A DNA stretch of 58,021 nt from Anaerolineae bacterium (GTDB taxonomy: Bacteria; Chloroflexota; Anaerolineae; JACIWR01). Location of the stretch: positions 1 through 58,021 of the forward strand of contig JACIWR010000001.1 of NCBI GenBank assembly GCA_014360845.1, in the 5' to 3' direction. Made by a program: the position numbers and the translations under genes. Positions 8,237 through 16,958 of the stretch are shown here, in pieces. The notes below the pieces were generated by a model that saw only the letters and a program-made list of their open reading frames with translations, ran no database searches and was not told the origin of the DNA. How positions within the stretch are numbered: position 1 is the stretch's first letter; each line of letters begins with the position of its first letter.

Positions 8237-9562
8237 CTACTGGCGAACGATCTCGATCATCGTCCGCACGTGTTCATCGGTCGTCTTGTCAACGCCAGCG
8301 CCGTTGGCGAGGATGAAGCCGGCGCTACCGCTGAACACCTCCAGCAAGTCCTCGCAGTACGCCCGGAGCTGCTCCACCGTCCCTGTAGTCATCAGGGAAG
8401 CCGGCACATTGCCCTGAATGCAGGCACGGCCCTCCAGGGCCTCTTTGGCGCGGCGCATGTCCGTCTGGTCGAACCACCACACCGTTGACCCCTTGGGCAT
8501 CTCGGCGATGGTCTCCAGGCGACTGTTGTAACCGCCCTCGGCGAACAGGAAGCTGACGATACCCTCTTCCCACAGCCCCAGCATCACGGCCTTGAAAGTC
8601 GGCCAATAGAAGGTTTCAAACTGCTCCTGGGACATGAAGCCGTCCGCCCCTTTGTGCAAGGGAGCCATGGCCACCGGCGCGCCCATAGCGTCACAGGCCT
8701 TGGTGATGCCACTGACCAGGATGGGCACGTAGGCCTCGCAGGCGGCCAACACGTCCTTGGGACGACGGTACATGTCGGTCATGATGCCTTTGGTCCCGCG
8801 CAGGGTGTCGCCGAGGAAGTCGAAGGGGACTTTCCAGAAGACACTGCTCAGGCTGGGGAATCCGGCTGCCGCCAGGGCACCGCCCAGCTTACCCATGGTG
8901 GAAATCCAGCGCATCGCTTCGTTGCCGGCTTCCATCAACTTCTTGAGCATTTCCTGCACATCGGGCATGCCAAAAGGCAGAAGCGCCCCGCCCAGGTCCA
9001 CGATCTCGGAGATGCGCGGCAGATCGGGCATCTTTCTGAGGGGTTCCAAAGCGCTGCACATGCGCGGCAGATAGGTCTTCAGCCAGAAGCCGGAAGGATC
9101 CATGATGAAGTCGGCATACTCGTCGGCCATCATGTACTCCCCTTCCACAGCCTGGATGTCGTACTCCTCGGAGAGCCTTTGTCCCGACCAGACGTAGGTT
9201 TGCAGGCCCAGGATGTCGAACACGGGGCCAGGATAGGGGAAGCCGTTGATGGCTAGGTCCGGCTGGAACTCGTTGTTGAACTCCATGATGGGGTCGAAGA
9301 ACTTGTCGTAGTTGTAGACCATGTCGTAGCCGGTGAGGCCAGCGCGCCGGAGAGCATAGCTGCCGACAGACGGGTTAGAGATGATGCGGTCTGTGCCGTT
9401 GAGATCAATAGCATTGCGCAGCCGATGGATGCGTTCGCGATACCTGGCCTCTGCCTCGGGACTGGCAAACACCAGACCTTCCGAGCTTTCCCAGTAATCC
9501 AGGCGGATTTTTTTCTTCTCCTCGGGCGACAACTGATCCCAATTGTCAGGTTTCACGAACAT
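8237..9562 (-). CDS. UroD-family methyltransferase (MT I-like), paralog A
   Basis: 441 aa, MFVKPDNWDQLSPEEKKK. Blocks APLHKGADGFMS, FETFYWPTFKAV and AEMPKG are shared with the paralogs. Confidence 0.8.
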   Translation of the reverse strand: MFVKPDNWDQLSPEEKKKIRLDYWESSEGLVFASPEAEARYRERIHRLRNAIDLNGTDRIISNPSVGSYALRRAGLTGYDMVYNYDKFFDPIMEFNNEFQPDLAINGFPYPGPVFDILGLQTYVWSGQRLSEEYDIQAVEGEYMMADEYADFIMDPSGFWLKTYLPRMCSALEPLRKMPDLPRISEIVDLGGALLPFGMPDVQEMLKKLMEAGNEAMRWISTMGKLGGALAAAGFPSLSSVFWKVPFDFLGDTLRGTKGIMTDMYRRPKDVLAACEAYVPILVSGITKACDAMGAPVAMAPLHKGADGFMSQEQFETFYWPTFKAVMLGLWEEGIVSFLFAEGGYNSRLETIAEMPKGSTVWWFDQTDMRRAKEALEGRACIQGNVPASLMTTGTVEQLRAYCEDLLEVFSGSAGFILANGAGVDKTTDEHVRTMIEIVRQ

Positions 9563-9571
9563 GTCGTCCCC

Positions 9572-10195
9572 CTACGACCACTGCCTGGCCAGATTCACGG
9601 CGGCCATGGCATCGCGACCCCAGGCATCCGCCCCGGTGTACTCGCAAATGTGATCGTCTATCTGCCCACCGCCAATCATCACCTTCACATCAGCGAACCC
9701 GGCTTCTTTCAGCGCCGCCACCGTGGCTTTCATCGGATCGTAGGCCAGGGTCAAGAAGCCGCTCAGGGCCACAATCTTGGCTCCAGACTCCCGCACCGCC
9801 TCCACGAACCTCGCCGGCGGCACGTCCACGCCCAGGTCTATCACCTTGAAACCGTTGATGTCCAGCATGAAGCCCACGATGTCCTTGGCGATGTCGTGGA
9901 TGTCTCCCTCTACCGTGCCCAGGACCACCGTGCCCAGCTTCTCCTCTCCCACCGTCTCCGCTTCCAAACGCGGCTTGATCAACTCCGAAATCTGCTTCAG
10001 CATCTCCCCGGCTAGAATCAGCTCCGGAATGAAGGCCTCGCCCGTCTCGAAACGGCGCCCTACCACCTCCATCGCCGCCCGGCAATCATCCAGAATGTCC
10101 AGGGGACTGCTGCCACCGTCCAAAAGATCCCGGGTGAGCTGCAGCGCGTCCTGCTCTCGCATCTCGACGATGGCTTTTACCAATTCTTCTGACAT
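9572..10195 (-). CDS. Corrinoid (cobalamin-binding) protein, cap domain plus Rossmann B12-binding domain
   Basis: Start at MSEELVKAIVEMRE (ATG at 10195, GGAGG upstream). DxHxxG motif GDIHDIAKD. SGFLT and GGG motifs. Confidence 0.85.
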   Translation of the reverse strand: MSEELVKAIVEMREQDALQLTRDLLDGGSSPLDILDDCRAAMEVVGRRFETGEAFIPELILAGEMLKQISELIKPRLEAETVGEEKLGTVVLGTVEGDIHDIAKDIVGFMLDINGFKVIDLGVDVPPARFVEAVRESGAKIVALSGFLTLAYDPMKATVAALKEAGFADVKVMIGGGQIDDHICEYTGADAWGRDAMAAVNLARQWS

Positions 10196-10283
10196 GGGAA
10201 CCTCCTCAGTAGGGTAATCATTACGTAACTGTTCAGCCCGATGGAAATCGCTTTCCCTGGGGGCTTCGCGCACAGTTACGCCA

Positions 10284-11081
10284 TTATTTGCCAAACAACC
10301 CCGCTCGATAGGCGCGGGTGTAATTGAGACAATAGTTATCGCGCCCCAGAACCAGCTCGGCGGCGACCAGGGCCGCGCGCAACTCACGATCCAGGGGGTC
10401 AATGATAGCGCTATCCAGGCCAGCCTGCAGCGCCAGCGTCAGGAAGGCGCGGTTGATGTAGGAACGGGCCGGCAGGCCGAAGGAGATATTGCTCAAACCC
10501 ATGGTCAGGTGTACGGCGGGGAACTCCTGAAGGATACTGCGCATCGTGTCCAGGGTGATCAATGCGCTGTTGATGTTGGTGGCCAGGGTCATGGCCAGCG
10601 GGTCCAGGTACACATGGTCGTCGGGCACGCCAGCGGCACGAGTGGCAGCCATGATTTTGCGCACCACTTCCATGCGCTTCTCGACGGTTTCGGGGATGCT
10701 TTTGTCATCCATGGCCAGGGCGATGACCGGGCAACCATGCTCCGCCACCAGCGGCAGGATGCCCTCCAGACGCTGCGGCTCGCCACTGATGGAGTTGATC
10801 ATGGGCGTCTTGTTAACGACGGCAATAGCGGCGGCCAAAGCCTGGGGATTGGCGCTGTCCAGACATAGGGGCACATCGGTCACCGCCTGTATCGTCTCCA
10901 CCAGCCAGATCAAGTCCTCGGGCTCGCTATCTGGGTGCGTTCCCGCATTGGCATCGAGCCAGGCCGACCCCGCCTCAGCCTGTTTGATGGCCAGATTCTG
11001 GATGAAAGCCGCATCACGCTCTTTGATGGCCTGAGCCACACGTTTGCGGGTGCCGTTTATCTTCTCTCCAATGATTTGCAT
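10284..11081 (-). CDS. Methyltetrahydrofolate:corrinoid methyltransferase (pterin-binding domain, MT II-like)
   Basis: 265 aa. MQIIGEKINGTRKRV, LDANAG, CLDSANP and NSIS resemble MeTr/MetH pterin-binding modules. Confidence 0.8.
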   Translation of the reverse strand: MQIIGEKINGTRKRVAQAIKERDAAFIQNLAIKQAEAGSAWLDANAGTHPDSEPEDLIWLVETIQAVTDVPLCLDSANPQALAAAIAVVNKTPMINSISGEPQRLEGILPLVAEHGCPVIALAMDDKSIPETVEKRMEVVRKIMAATRAAGVPDDHVYLDPLAMTLATNINSALITLDTMRSILQEFPAVHLTMGLSNISFGLPARSYINRAFLTLALQAGLDSAIIDPLDRELRAALVAAELVLGRDNYCLNYTRAYRAGLFGK

Positions 11082-11755
11082 ACCTCACTCCTTGTCCTCT
11101 TGAAATCCAGATATGAGATAGTTTCGCCAGGCCGGGCGATGACGAACTCGTCATCCCACGGACCGTAAAGCATCTTCTTGATGAGGGCATCGGAACCGGG
11201 GAGCTCTTCATAGCGCAATCCGAAGCGCTCTGCCGTGCGCCGGGTGTACTCGCGGTAACGCTCCAACTCGTACTGGCCAGTGTTGATCAGCGCCAGACGG
11301 GTGTAGTTCTTCAAGATTTTGGACATAATCAGGCTGGCCTTTTCCTCTCCGAAGCGCTCCATCAACGCCCTGTACTCCTCAAAAGGACCATCGCCAGCCT
11401 CGATCCAGCCCTTGGTCAGATAGTAGGTGCCCGGCTCGGAGCGAGACTGGACCTTATAGGCTTCAGCGGAACCTAAGAAGAGGGCGATGCAGTCGTCAAC
11501 ACGGGGGACGATCAGGGTGCAGTTATTGGCCTTGAGGCCTACCACTGCCTGGGAGCAAAGGCCATAGCCCAGGATGAGGGTTTCGAAAGGGGGTGCAGAG
11601 GCGTCAATAGTTTCCTGTAAGGTCTGTTTCAAGGCTACGGGGTTAACATGCAAGCCAAAATCGAGGACTTGATACTCCATGCCGGGCGGCATGTGAGGCA
11701 ACATCTCTTCAATCACAGTGGCACAAGCGATGACTTTAGTGTGGGGAGAAAGCAT
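11057..11755 (-). CDS. DUF1638 domain protein, copy 1 (first gene of operon)
   Basis: 232 aa. VIACATVIEEM, GYGLCSQAVVGL and PRVDDCIALFLGS match my recollection of DUF1638. About nine-tenths identical to 37037..37714. Confidence 0.75.
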   Translation of the reverse strand: MLSPHTKVIACATVIEEMLPHMPPGMEYQVLDFGLHVNPVALKQTLQETIDASAPPFETLILGYGLCSQAVVGLKANNCTLIVPRVDDCIALFLGSAEAYKVQSRSEPGTYYLTKGWIEAGDGPFEEYRALMERFGEEKASLIMSKILKNYTRLALINTGQYELERYREYTRRTAERFGLRYEELPGSDALIKKMLYGPWDDEFVIARPGETISYLDFKRTRSEVCKSLERR

Positions 11756-11795
11756 TTTCCGGATGACCTCTCTGTCTGTGTCTGCTGTGGAGCAT

Positions 11796-11808
11796 GTATA
11801 TTATATAC
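11796..11808. promoter_or_regulatory. Perfect 6-1-6 palindrome GTATAT-T-ATATAC overlapping the -10 box. Candidate GntR/HutC-type operator
   Basis: Read directly. GT...AC-bounded AT-rich palindromes are typical GntR-family operators. Confidence 0.4.
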
Positions 11809-11828
11809 TTATATATAGAAGTTGTCAA
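11800..11828 (-). promoter_or_regulatory. Consensus sigma70 promoter P1: TTGACA (11828..11823), 17 nt, TATAAT (11805..11800)
   Basis: Exact consensus hexamers and spacing on the minus strand, about 45 nt upstream of the DUF1638 ATG. Duplicated at 37906..37934. Confidence 0.75.
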
Positions 11829-11930
11829 GTTGCGAATTCAAAGGGAGCGCGTTTCGGTTTGGGGTCAGGCTTGTCCCGTAGCTTCCGACCGCTGCTGCGT
11901 CCTGAGTGGAAGCGAAGGGTGGTCGCATCA

Positions 11931-12060
11931 GTAGGGCGGGTTGGGCTCGGCTGAGCCGGGCAATCAGTGAGCTACAGAGATTCTCTCCTGTAACGCTTCT
12001 GCTCTATCGGTCTAAGGCAGAGAGCCCTACCCGCCGCCTCGGACGGCAGGTAGGCGGCTC
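11931..12060. repeat. Mosaic of short GC-rich repeat modules (gtagggcgggttgggctcggctgagc; agagagccctacccgccgcc; ggcaggtaggcggctc)
   Basis: The modules recur at 48370..48392, 48504..48526, 48417..48458 and 6330..6350. Confidence 0.65.
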
Positions 12061-12086
12061 TTTGAACTCTTCTGCGCAGTGACGTC

Positions 12087-12177
12087 GTATCTTCTCAAAA
12101 TGTAGGGGCGAACCCTTGCGGTCGCCCAGGCGGGCAGGTGCAAGACCTGCCCCTACCCCAAATTATTGAGAAGATAC
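12087..12177. mobile_element. 91-bp MITE, copy 1: 12-bp perfect TIR GTATCTTCTCAA/TTGAGAAGATAC, flanked by 8-bp direct repeat GTGACGTC (12079..12086 and 12178..12185)
   Basis: By my reading identical base-for-base to 53804..53894, which has a different 8-bp flanking duplication. Confidence 0.85.
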
Positions 12178-12196
12178 GTGACGTCGCTTGGTAGGT

Positions 12197-12273
12197 GTTC
12201 AAAGCCCAGGGGCCTACACGCTGTAGCCGCCGCCAACCGTTCGGCTGAGCGCTCACGACGAAGCCCGCCCTAC
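12197..12273. repeat. Repeat family R9, copy b (inverse orientation)
   Basis: Its reverse complement aligns with 6206..6282. Confidence 0.7.
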
Positions 12274-12398
12274 CCGCTGTCACCGACCCATCACGGCGTG
12301 AGGGCCTGCAGGAGGCCCCCGACACAAAACTCGGCCTGGAGCGCGAAGCCCCAGGCCGAGTTTATCGGCGAGCCCTGTGAGTTTTTCCTGAACCCAGG

Positions 12399-14051
12399 CT
12401 AATCCTCTAACGTTTCGTAGTAGGCATCCCCCAGATCATTCGGGTTCAAAGCCTCCTTGACCCGGTGTTGATAGCGAAAGACGGAGGGCTGCGGCGCGGC
12501 CAGGTGAATGCGGTCGCGCTCTTCTTTGGGAGGCGTTCTGCCGTCGGGACCCCGCGCCGCGGCGTTCCACTTCTCCATGCCGACGCCCCAACCCCGCTTC
12601 AAACCCAGCTCGGTGCAGGCGTCAAAGAACTCCAGAGTGCCCTCGACCGAGTCCTTGTCATGGGGATCAAAGCAAGTGAAATTCTCCCACAAACACGTGC
12701 CTCCCCCACCCTGACCACCTATGGGGCCCATCATGCAATCACCACCGGCTTCTACGATAGCACCTCGCTTCTCCCATTCTCGCTTGAACTCGGCAGCCTC
12801 TTCCACGTAGGTTGTCCCATAGTCCGGCGCGCCGAGAAAACCGAAACAGCCGTCGTACCCGCCCGCGTAAACCAGGTTCAAGTTCTTGTGACCTAGTCTG
12901 ATCAGGTACAGCAGTGCCCAGTCGTGTATCTCGGGCTCATTCATGGCTTCCACTTTCCAGCCGCCGGTCCTGCGCAAGATTTCGTCCAGCACCTTCTCCT
13001 GCCAGGCCATATCCCGGCGGGTCATGCCGGCCAGGACGATCTGGAAATCGCGCATGGACTCCTGTGTCACCTTCTGCACCTCTGGGTCCTCGAGAAGCTC
13101 CTCCAGGTCTCCCAATGTTTTGGTGGGATCGGTGAGGATTTTAATCATGGCAAACTTCAGGTCCCGGCCAAACATGTTGAACTGCCGGTGCGCGAGGTAC
13201 CCGATGCCGGCGTCCCAGATCATATGAGCTGCATCGGCCCATGCCCTCCACGAGGGAAAAGCCACGGTATAGGCCTTGAAATTGTCCGGAAGCGAGACCC
13301 GGTAGGCCGGTATCGTGCCTTCCACGGGCAGGGTCTGCGGCCCGGGCCAGGCAAAGAGCTTGATGGCGCACTTGGTAAACACGCCCATAGCCCCCTTGGC
13401 CCCCAGGAAGCCCCGGGCCACGCCCTTCATGCTCGGCCCCGGCCCCTCACCGCAGAACCAGCCGCAGCCAGCCCCCAGCGAACCCGTGCGCAGAATTTCG
13501 CCCGTGGGCATGACCCATTCCAGGGCCAGCAGGTTATCGTAATGCCAGCCGCCATACAGGTTACTCGGTCCGGAGCCAAAGTAAGAAGTGGCACCGGCCA
13601 GGATGGAGCAACTGCAACCAGAGCCGGGAAGGTGGGTGTTCAGACCCAGCTTCATGGCCTCGGCCTGCAGCGTCGCCCCGATGACCCCCGGCTCGATCAC
13701 GGCGAACATGTTCTTTTCGTCTATCTCCAGGATGCGGTCCATACGCCGCATGTCCAACTGAATGGTGTTTTCCCCCGAAGGGTATCCCTGAGCAGACCAG
13801 AAGGTGCTGGAGGCCTTGAACTTTATCTTGTACTTGTTGCACAACTTGACGATGGCCTGCACCTCCTCGGTGCTCCCCGGCAGGAGAACGGCCTCCCCTC
13901 TGGGGGTAAACGTGTCGTAATAGGGGCCGATGTGAATGGCGGTGTGGGCGAGGGAATACCGGTATGAATCGAGCACCGCCGGGTCATCGGAGATGTTCTC
14001 CGGACCGACAATATCCTCCAGGGCCTTGTACACGTTTCTCGCTAGAGTCAT
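12399..14051 (-). CDS. FAD-binding oxidoreductase (PCMH/FAD_binding_4 type, GlcD / vanillyl-alcohol-oxidase superfamily)
   Basis: 550 aa. N-terminus ALEDIVGPENISDDPAVLDSY..AVLLPGSTEEVQAIVKLCNKY is typical of FAD-linked oxidases. GGAGGGAG SD. Confidence 0.75.
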   Translation of the reverse strand: MTLARNVYKALEDIVGPENISDDPAVLDSYRYSLAHTAIHIGPYYDTFTPRGEAVLLPGSTEEVQAIVKLCNKYKIKFKASSTFWSAQGYPSGENTIQLDMRRMDRILEIDEKNMFAVIEPGVIGATLQAEAMKLGLNTHLPGSGCSCSILAGATSYFGSGPSNLYGGWHYDNLLALEWVMPTGEILRTGSLGAGCGWFCGEGPGPSMKGVARGFLGAKGAMGVFTKCAIKLFAWPGPQTLPVEGTIPAYRVSLPDNFKAYTVAFPSWRAWADAAHMIWDAGIGYLAHRQFNMFGRDLKFAMIKILTDPTKTLGDLEELLEDPEVQKVTQESMRDFQIVLAGMTRRDMAWQEKVLDEILRRTGGWKVEAMNEPEIHDWALLYLIRLGHKNLNLVYAGGYDGCFGFLGAPDYGTTYVEEAAEFKREWEKRGAIVEAGGDCMMGPIGGQGGGGTCLWENFTCFDPHDKDSVEGTLEFFDACTELGLKRGWGVGMEKWNAAARGPDGRTPPKEERDRIHLAAPQPSVFRYQHRVKEALNPNDLGDAYYETLED

Positions 14052-14063
14052 TTGCTCCCTCCG

Positions 14064-15341
14064 CTACATCGCTTTCTGTACCAGCTCAACGATGTCGTAG
14101 ACTTGCAGGCTGTCTCCCAGTGCCTTGACAGCGTCCTTGAAATTCCTCTCGCACCAGGGACAGGCGCTCACCAAGGCCTCGGCGCCGGTAGCTCTGGCCT
14201 CTTCGATACGTTCGCCGGCCGTCCACCTGGAAAACTCCGGATAAGCCTCCCGAACGCCGCCCCCGGCCCCGCAGCACCAACTGTATTCCCGTATCCGCTC
14301 CATCTCCACCAGTTCCACGCCGGGGATGCTCCGCAGAATATCCCGCGGCGGATCGTACACGCCCCACGCGCCGTTATACCTGGGCCGCCTCGGCTCGTAG
14401 ACGACGATTTGGTTCTTGATTTTCTTTTCCACCCCCTCCCACGGCACATAAGGCTCCCCTTGTCGGCCCAGATGACAGGGATCGTGGTAAGTCACTGTCA
14501 GGGGAACTGCGGTGCGGAACGTGAGCTGGCCCTCCTTGATGAGACGGGCGATGAACTCCACAGTGTGCAGCACCTCGACCTGAGAGCCCAGTTTGGGGTA
14601 CAGTCGCTTGAAGGCGTGGTAGCCGTCAGCGCAGGAGGTGACCACCGTCTTCACCCCGGCCCTGTCCCAGGCCTTCAAATTGGCCTGGGCAAAACGGGTG
14701 AAGGTCTCCCGGTAGCCCATGGAGTACACCCGACCACCGCAACACATCTCCCGCTGGCCCATGATGCCGACATCAACGCCCGCCTGCTTCAAGAGCCGCA
14801 CGGCCGTCCTGGCGACCCCTTGCAGCTCCCGGTCGTAGCTAAAGCGGCAACCCGCGTGGAAGAGGACCTCGGCCTTATCGGCGTACAAGCGCGGGACGTC
14901 CAGGTCATCCGCCCACGCGCCCCGCTCGGCTCTGGGCCGGCCCAGGGTATTGTGTTCTTTGTTCAAGCTCTCGATGATAGCCTGGTGTTCATCCAGCCCC
15001 TGACCGTCCTCAACCAGGCGGAACTTGAGCTCGCGGGCCATCTCCAGGGGCTCCAGATTGTAGCGGCAGACTTTGCAGCTCACATCACAGGACCCGCAGG
15101 TCATGCAGGTAAAGACGATTTTCCGCACCGTATCCGAATAACCGCTCTGCCCTTTGATGAGCGAGCGGGCCACCGCGTATCGGCCACGGGCGGAGTAGCT
15201 GTTGAAGTTGTGATAGGCAATGCTGGGGCAATTCTTGGCAAACCGCCAGCTCTTCACCTGGTCAAACGGAATCCATTTGCAATAGGAACACTGACTGCAG
15301 CGATCCATTTCCGCCGCGAAATCTTCCAGTGCCATTTTCAC
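14064..15341 (-). CDS. (Fe-S)-binding protein with two CCG domains (GlcF/GlpC/HdrD-like)
   Basis: 425 aa. CSQCSYCKWIP and CMTCGSCDVSCK cluster motifs. CCGG and WCCGAGGG CCG motifs. Confidence 0.8.
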   Translation of the reverse strand: MKMALEDFAAEMDRCSQCSYCKWIPFDQVKSWRFAKNCPSIAYHNFNSYSARGRYAVARSLIKGQSGYSDTVRKIVFTCMTCGSCDVSCKVCRYNLEPLEMARELKFRLVEDGQGLDEHQAIIESLNKEHNTLGRPRAERGAWADDLDVPRLYADKAEVLFHAGCRFSYDRELQGVARTAVRLLKQAGVDVGIMGQREMCCGGRVYSMGYRETFTRFAQANLKAWDRAGVKTVVTSCADGYHAFKRLYPKLGSQVEVLHTVEFIARLIKEGQLTFRTAVPLTVTYHDPCHLGRQGEPYVPWEGVEKKIKNQIVVYEPRRPRYNGAWGVYDPPRDILRSIPGVELVEMERIREYSWCCGAGGGVREAYPEFSRWTAGERIEEARATGAEALVSACPWCERNFKDAVKALGDSLQVYDIVELVQKAM

Positions 15342-15354
15342 TCTCCCTTTGCCC

Positions 15355-16821
15355 TCAGAAGCAGAGCTTCCCCGGATTCATCACGTGGTTGGGATCGAAT
15401 ATGTCCTTGATTTTCCGCGTCACCATCGTGGTCTGAGCGTCGGCATTGTAGACCATATGCGCCCAAATCCCGTACGGCCGCGAGAAGAAGGCTCCCTGTC
15501 GAAACAGGCGGAAGCTGGCCTCGCGGAACAGCTCCCGCGTCCTGTCCATCTCCGCCCGATTCTGCCTATCGAAGGGCAGAATGAACTCGCAATGGCAGCC
15601 AACCCCCTGGTGCACCGGTTGTAGATAAACGCCGATGTCCGGGACCGGATACCGTTGCTCGTTGGCCGTGGTGTGCATCGTCGCCACGAAAGAGGGCGTC
15701 TTGTCCAGAGTAGTCAGGAAGAATATCTCCTGGGAGCCCCCTTTATACCTCAGCTTCCAGTACGGTTCTGAAGAAGGTTGGAGCAGAAGATTCAGCAGGT
15801 CGGAGCCACGACACCCCGGCACGGCCGGCATCAGCTTCAACCCAAACCGCTGGGCGATGTCCCGAATGTCGTCCTCCTGCGCGGCTACCCTTTCTTCGGG
15901 GAATATGTGCCCACCCGTGATGCTCACCACCACTACCCAGGCGGGAAGCGTATCCTTCAGAGCAACGATTTCTGCCGGTTCAGTGCCCAGGATGTAGGCC
16001 AGACAGGCGTTATTCACGATGAAGAGCTCATCACCGAACCGGAAGCGGAGGAGCTGATAGGTGAAATCAATGAGGTCTTCGAGCTTCTCCGCCGGCACGA
16101 GGAAAAGCTTGCGGCATTCCGGGAACACCTCACATTTGACCGAAGCCCAGGTCACGATGCCCATGCTACCCTGGGCCGCCGAGACGAATTTGTAGAAGTC
16201 CAATTGTCCCGGTCCGGGGCCCACCAGGGGCACCAGGCCCATCCGCCACTCCTCTTCCCTCTCGCCGCGAAAAACGCCGCCTCCACTCCACAGTTTGTCC
16301 CCATTGCCCCAAACGATCTCCAGGCTGCGCAGCGGCTCCAGCAGATTCCACTGATACCTGGGGGACATCACCGGCTCTCTCTCCAAAAGGCTGGCAATGA
16401 CCGACTTGTTGGCCCGGGGCAACAGCGGCATGATGATCCGCAAGCCTTCTTCTTGGAGAGCGGGTTGAAGCTGAGTGTACGTCACTCCCGGCTCGATCAG
16501 CGCCAGTCGGTGGCGGCGGTTTATCTTCAGAATGCGCCGCATCCCGCTCAGGTCAACAATGACCGCCTCCGGGGCCGTGGGGGCCGTATCACCACGGAAA
16601 TGGGGAGCGCCGGAGCTCATCGGCACCAGGGGTGTTTGCGTTTCATTGGCCCAGAGGACAATCTTCTGCACCTGGTCCACGTTCTGAGGTCTGACCAGAA
16701 AACAGGGTTTCAAAGGCGGGATCAGCTCGTGGTCCAGGGAAAACGACTCCCCCACATCGGGATGGTCTATGACACCGGCTTCCCCCACTATGTCCACCAA
16801 TTGCGCTCTCTTTTCTTCCAT
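15355..16821 (-). CDS. FAD-binding oxidoreductase (GlcD-like)
   Basis: Start set at MEEKRAQLVDIVGEAGV (ATG at 16821). FAD_binding_4-like N-terminus, VRPQNVDQVQKIVLWANE. Confidence 0.75.
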   Translation of the reverse strand: MEEKRAQLVDIVGEAGVIDHPDVGESFSLDHELIPPLKPCFLVRPQNVDQVQKIVLWANETQTPLVPMSSGAPHFRGDTAPTAPEAVIVDLSGMRRILKINRRHRLALIEPGVTYTQLQPALQEEGLRIIMPLLPRANKSVIASLLEREPVMSPRYQWNLLEPLRSLEIVWGNGDKLWSGGGVFRGEREEEWRMGLVPLVGPGPGQLDFYKFVSAAQGSMGIVTWASVKCEVFPECRKLFLVPAEKLEDLIDFTYQLLRFRFGDELFIVNNACLAYILGTEPAEIVALKDTLPAWVVVVSITGGHIFPEERVAAQEDDIRDIAQRFGLKLMPAVPGCRGSDLLNLLLQPSSEPYWKLRYKGGSQEIFFLTTLDKTPSFVATMHTTANEQRYPVPDIGVYLQPVHQGVGCHCEFILPFDRQNRAEMDRTRELFREASFRLFRQGAFFSRPYGIWAHMVYNADAQTTMVTRKIKDIFDPNHVMNPGKLCF

Positions 16822-16849
16822 AAATAACCCCCGTACAGACCAGATTCTT

Positions 16850-16880
16850 GGGTGGGCGAAGGCAATGCCTTCGCCCACCC
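16850..16880. other. GC-rich 13-14-bp hairpin between the acyl-CoA synthetase and FAD oxidase genes
   Basis: gggtgggcgaaggc-aat-gccttcgcccaccc read directly. Confidence 0.75.
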
Positions 16881-16958
16881 AAAGCTTTCCCTACGAATGG
16901 CACGATGCGCCATGGAAAACTCAAAATGACAGATTGTCAAAACCAGTTTGCCCCAATA

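Noticed and set aside
12095-12325. 76-aa ORF spanning the MITE and the R9 repeat
   Set aside because: It is composed entirely of repeat-element sequence. The same pseudo-peptide would arise wherever the element inserts.
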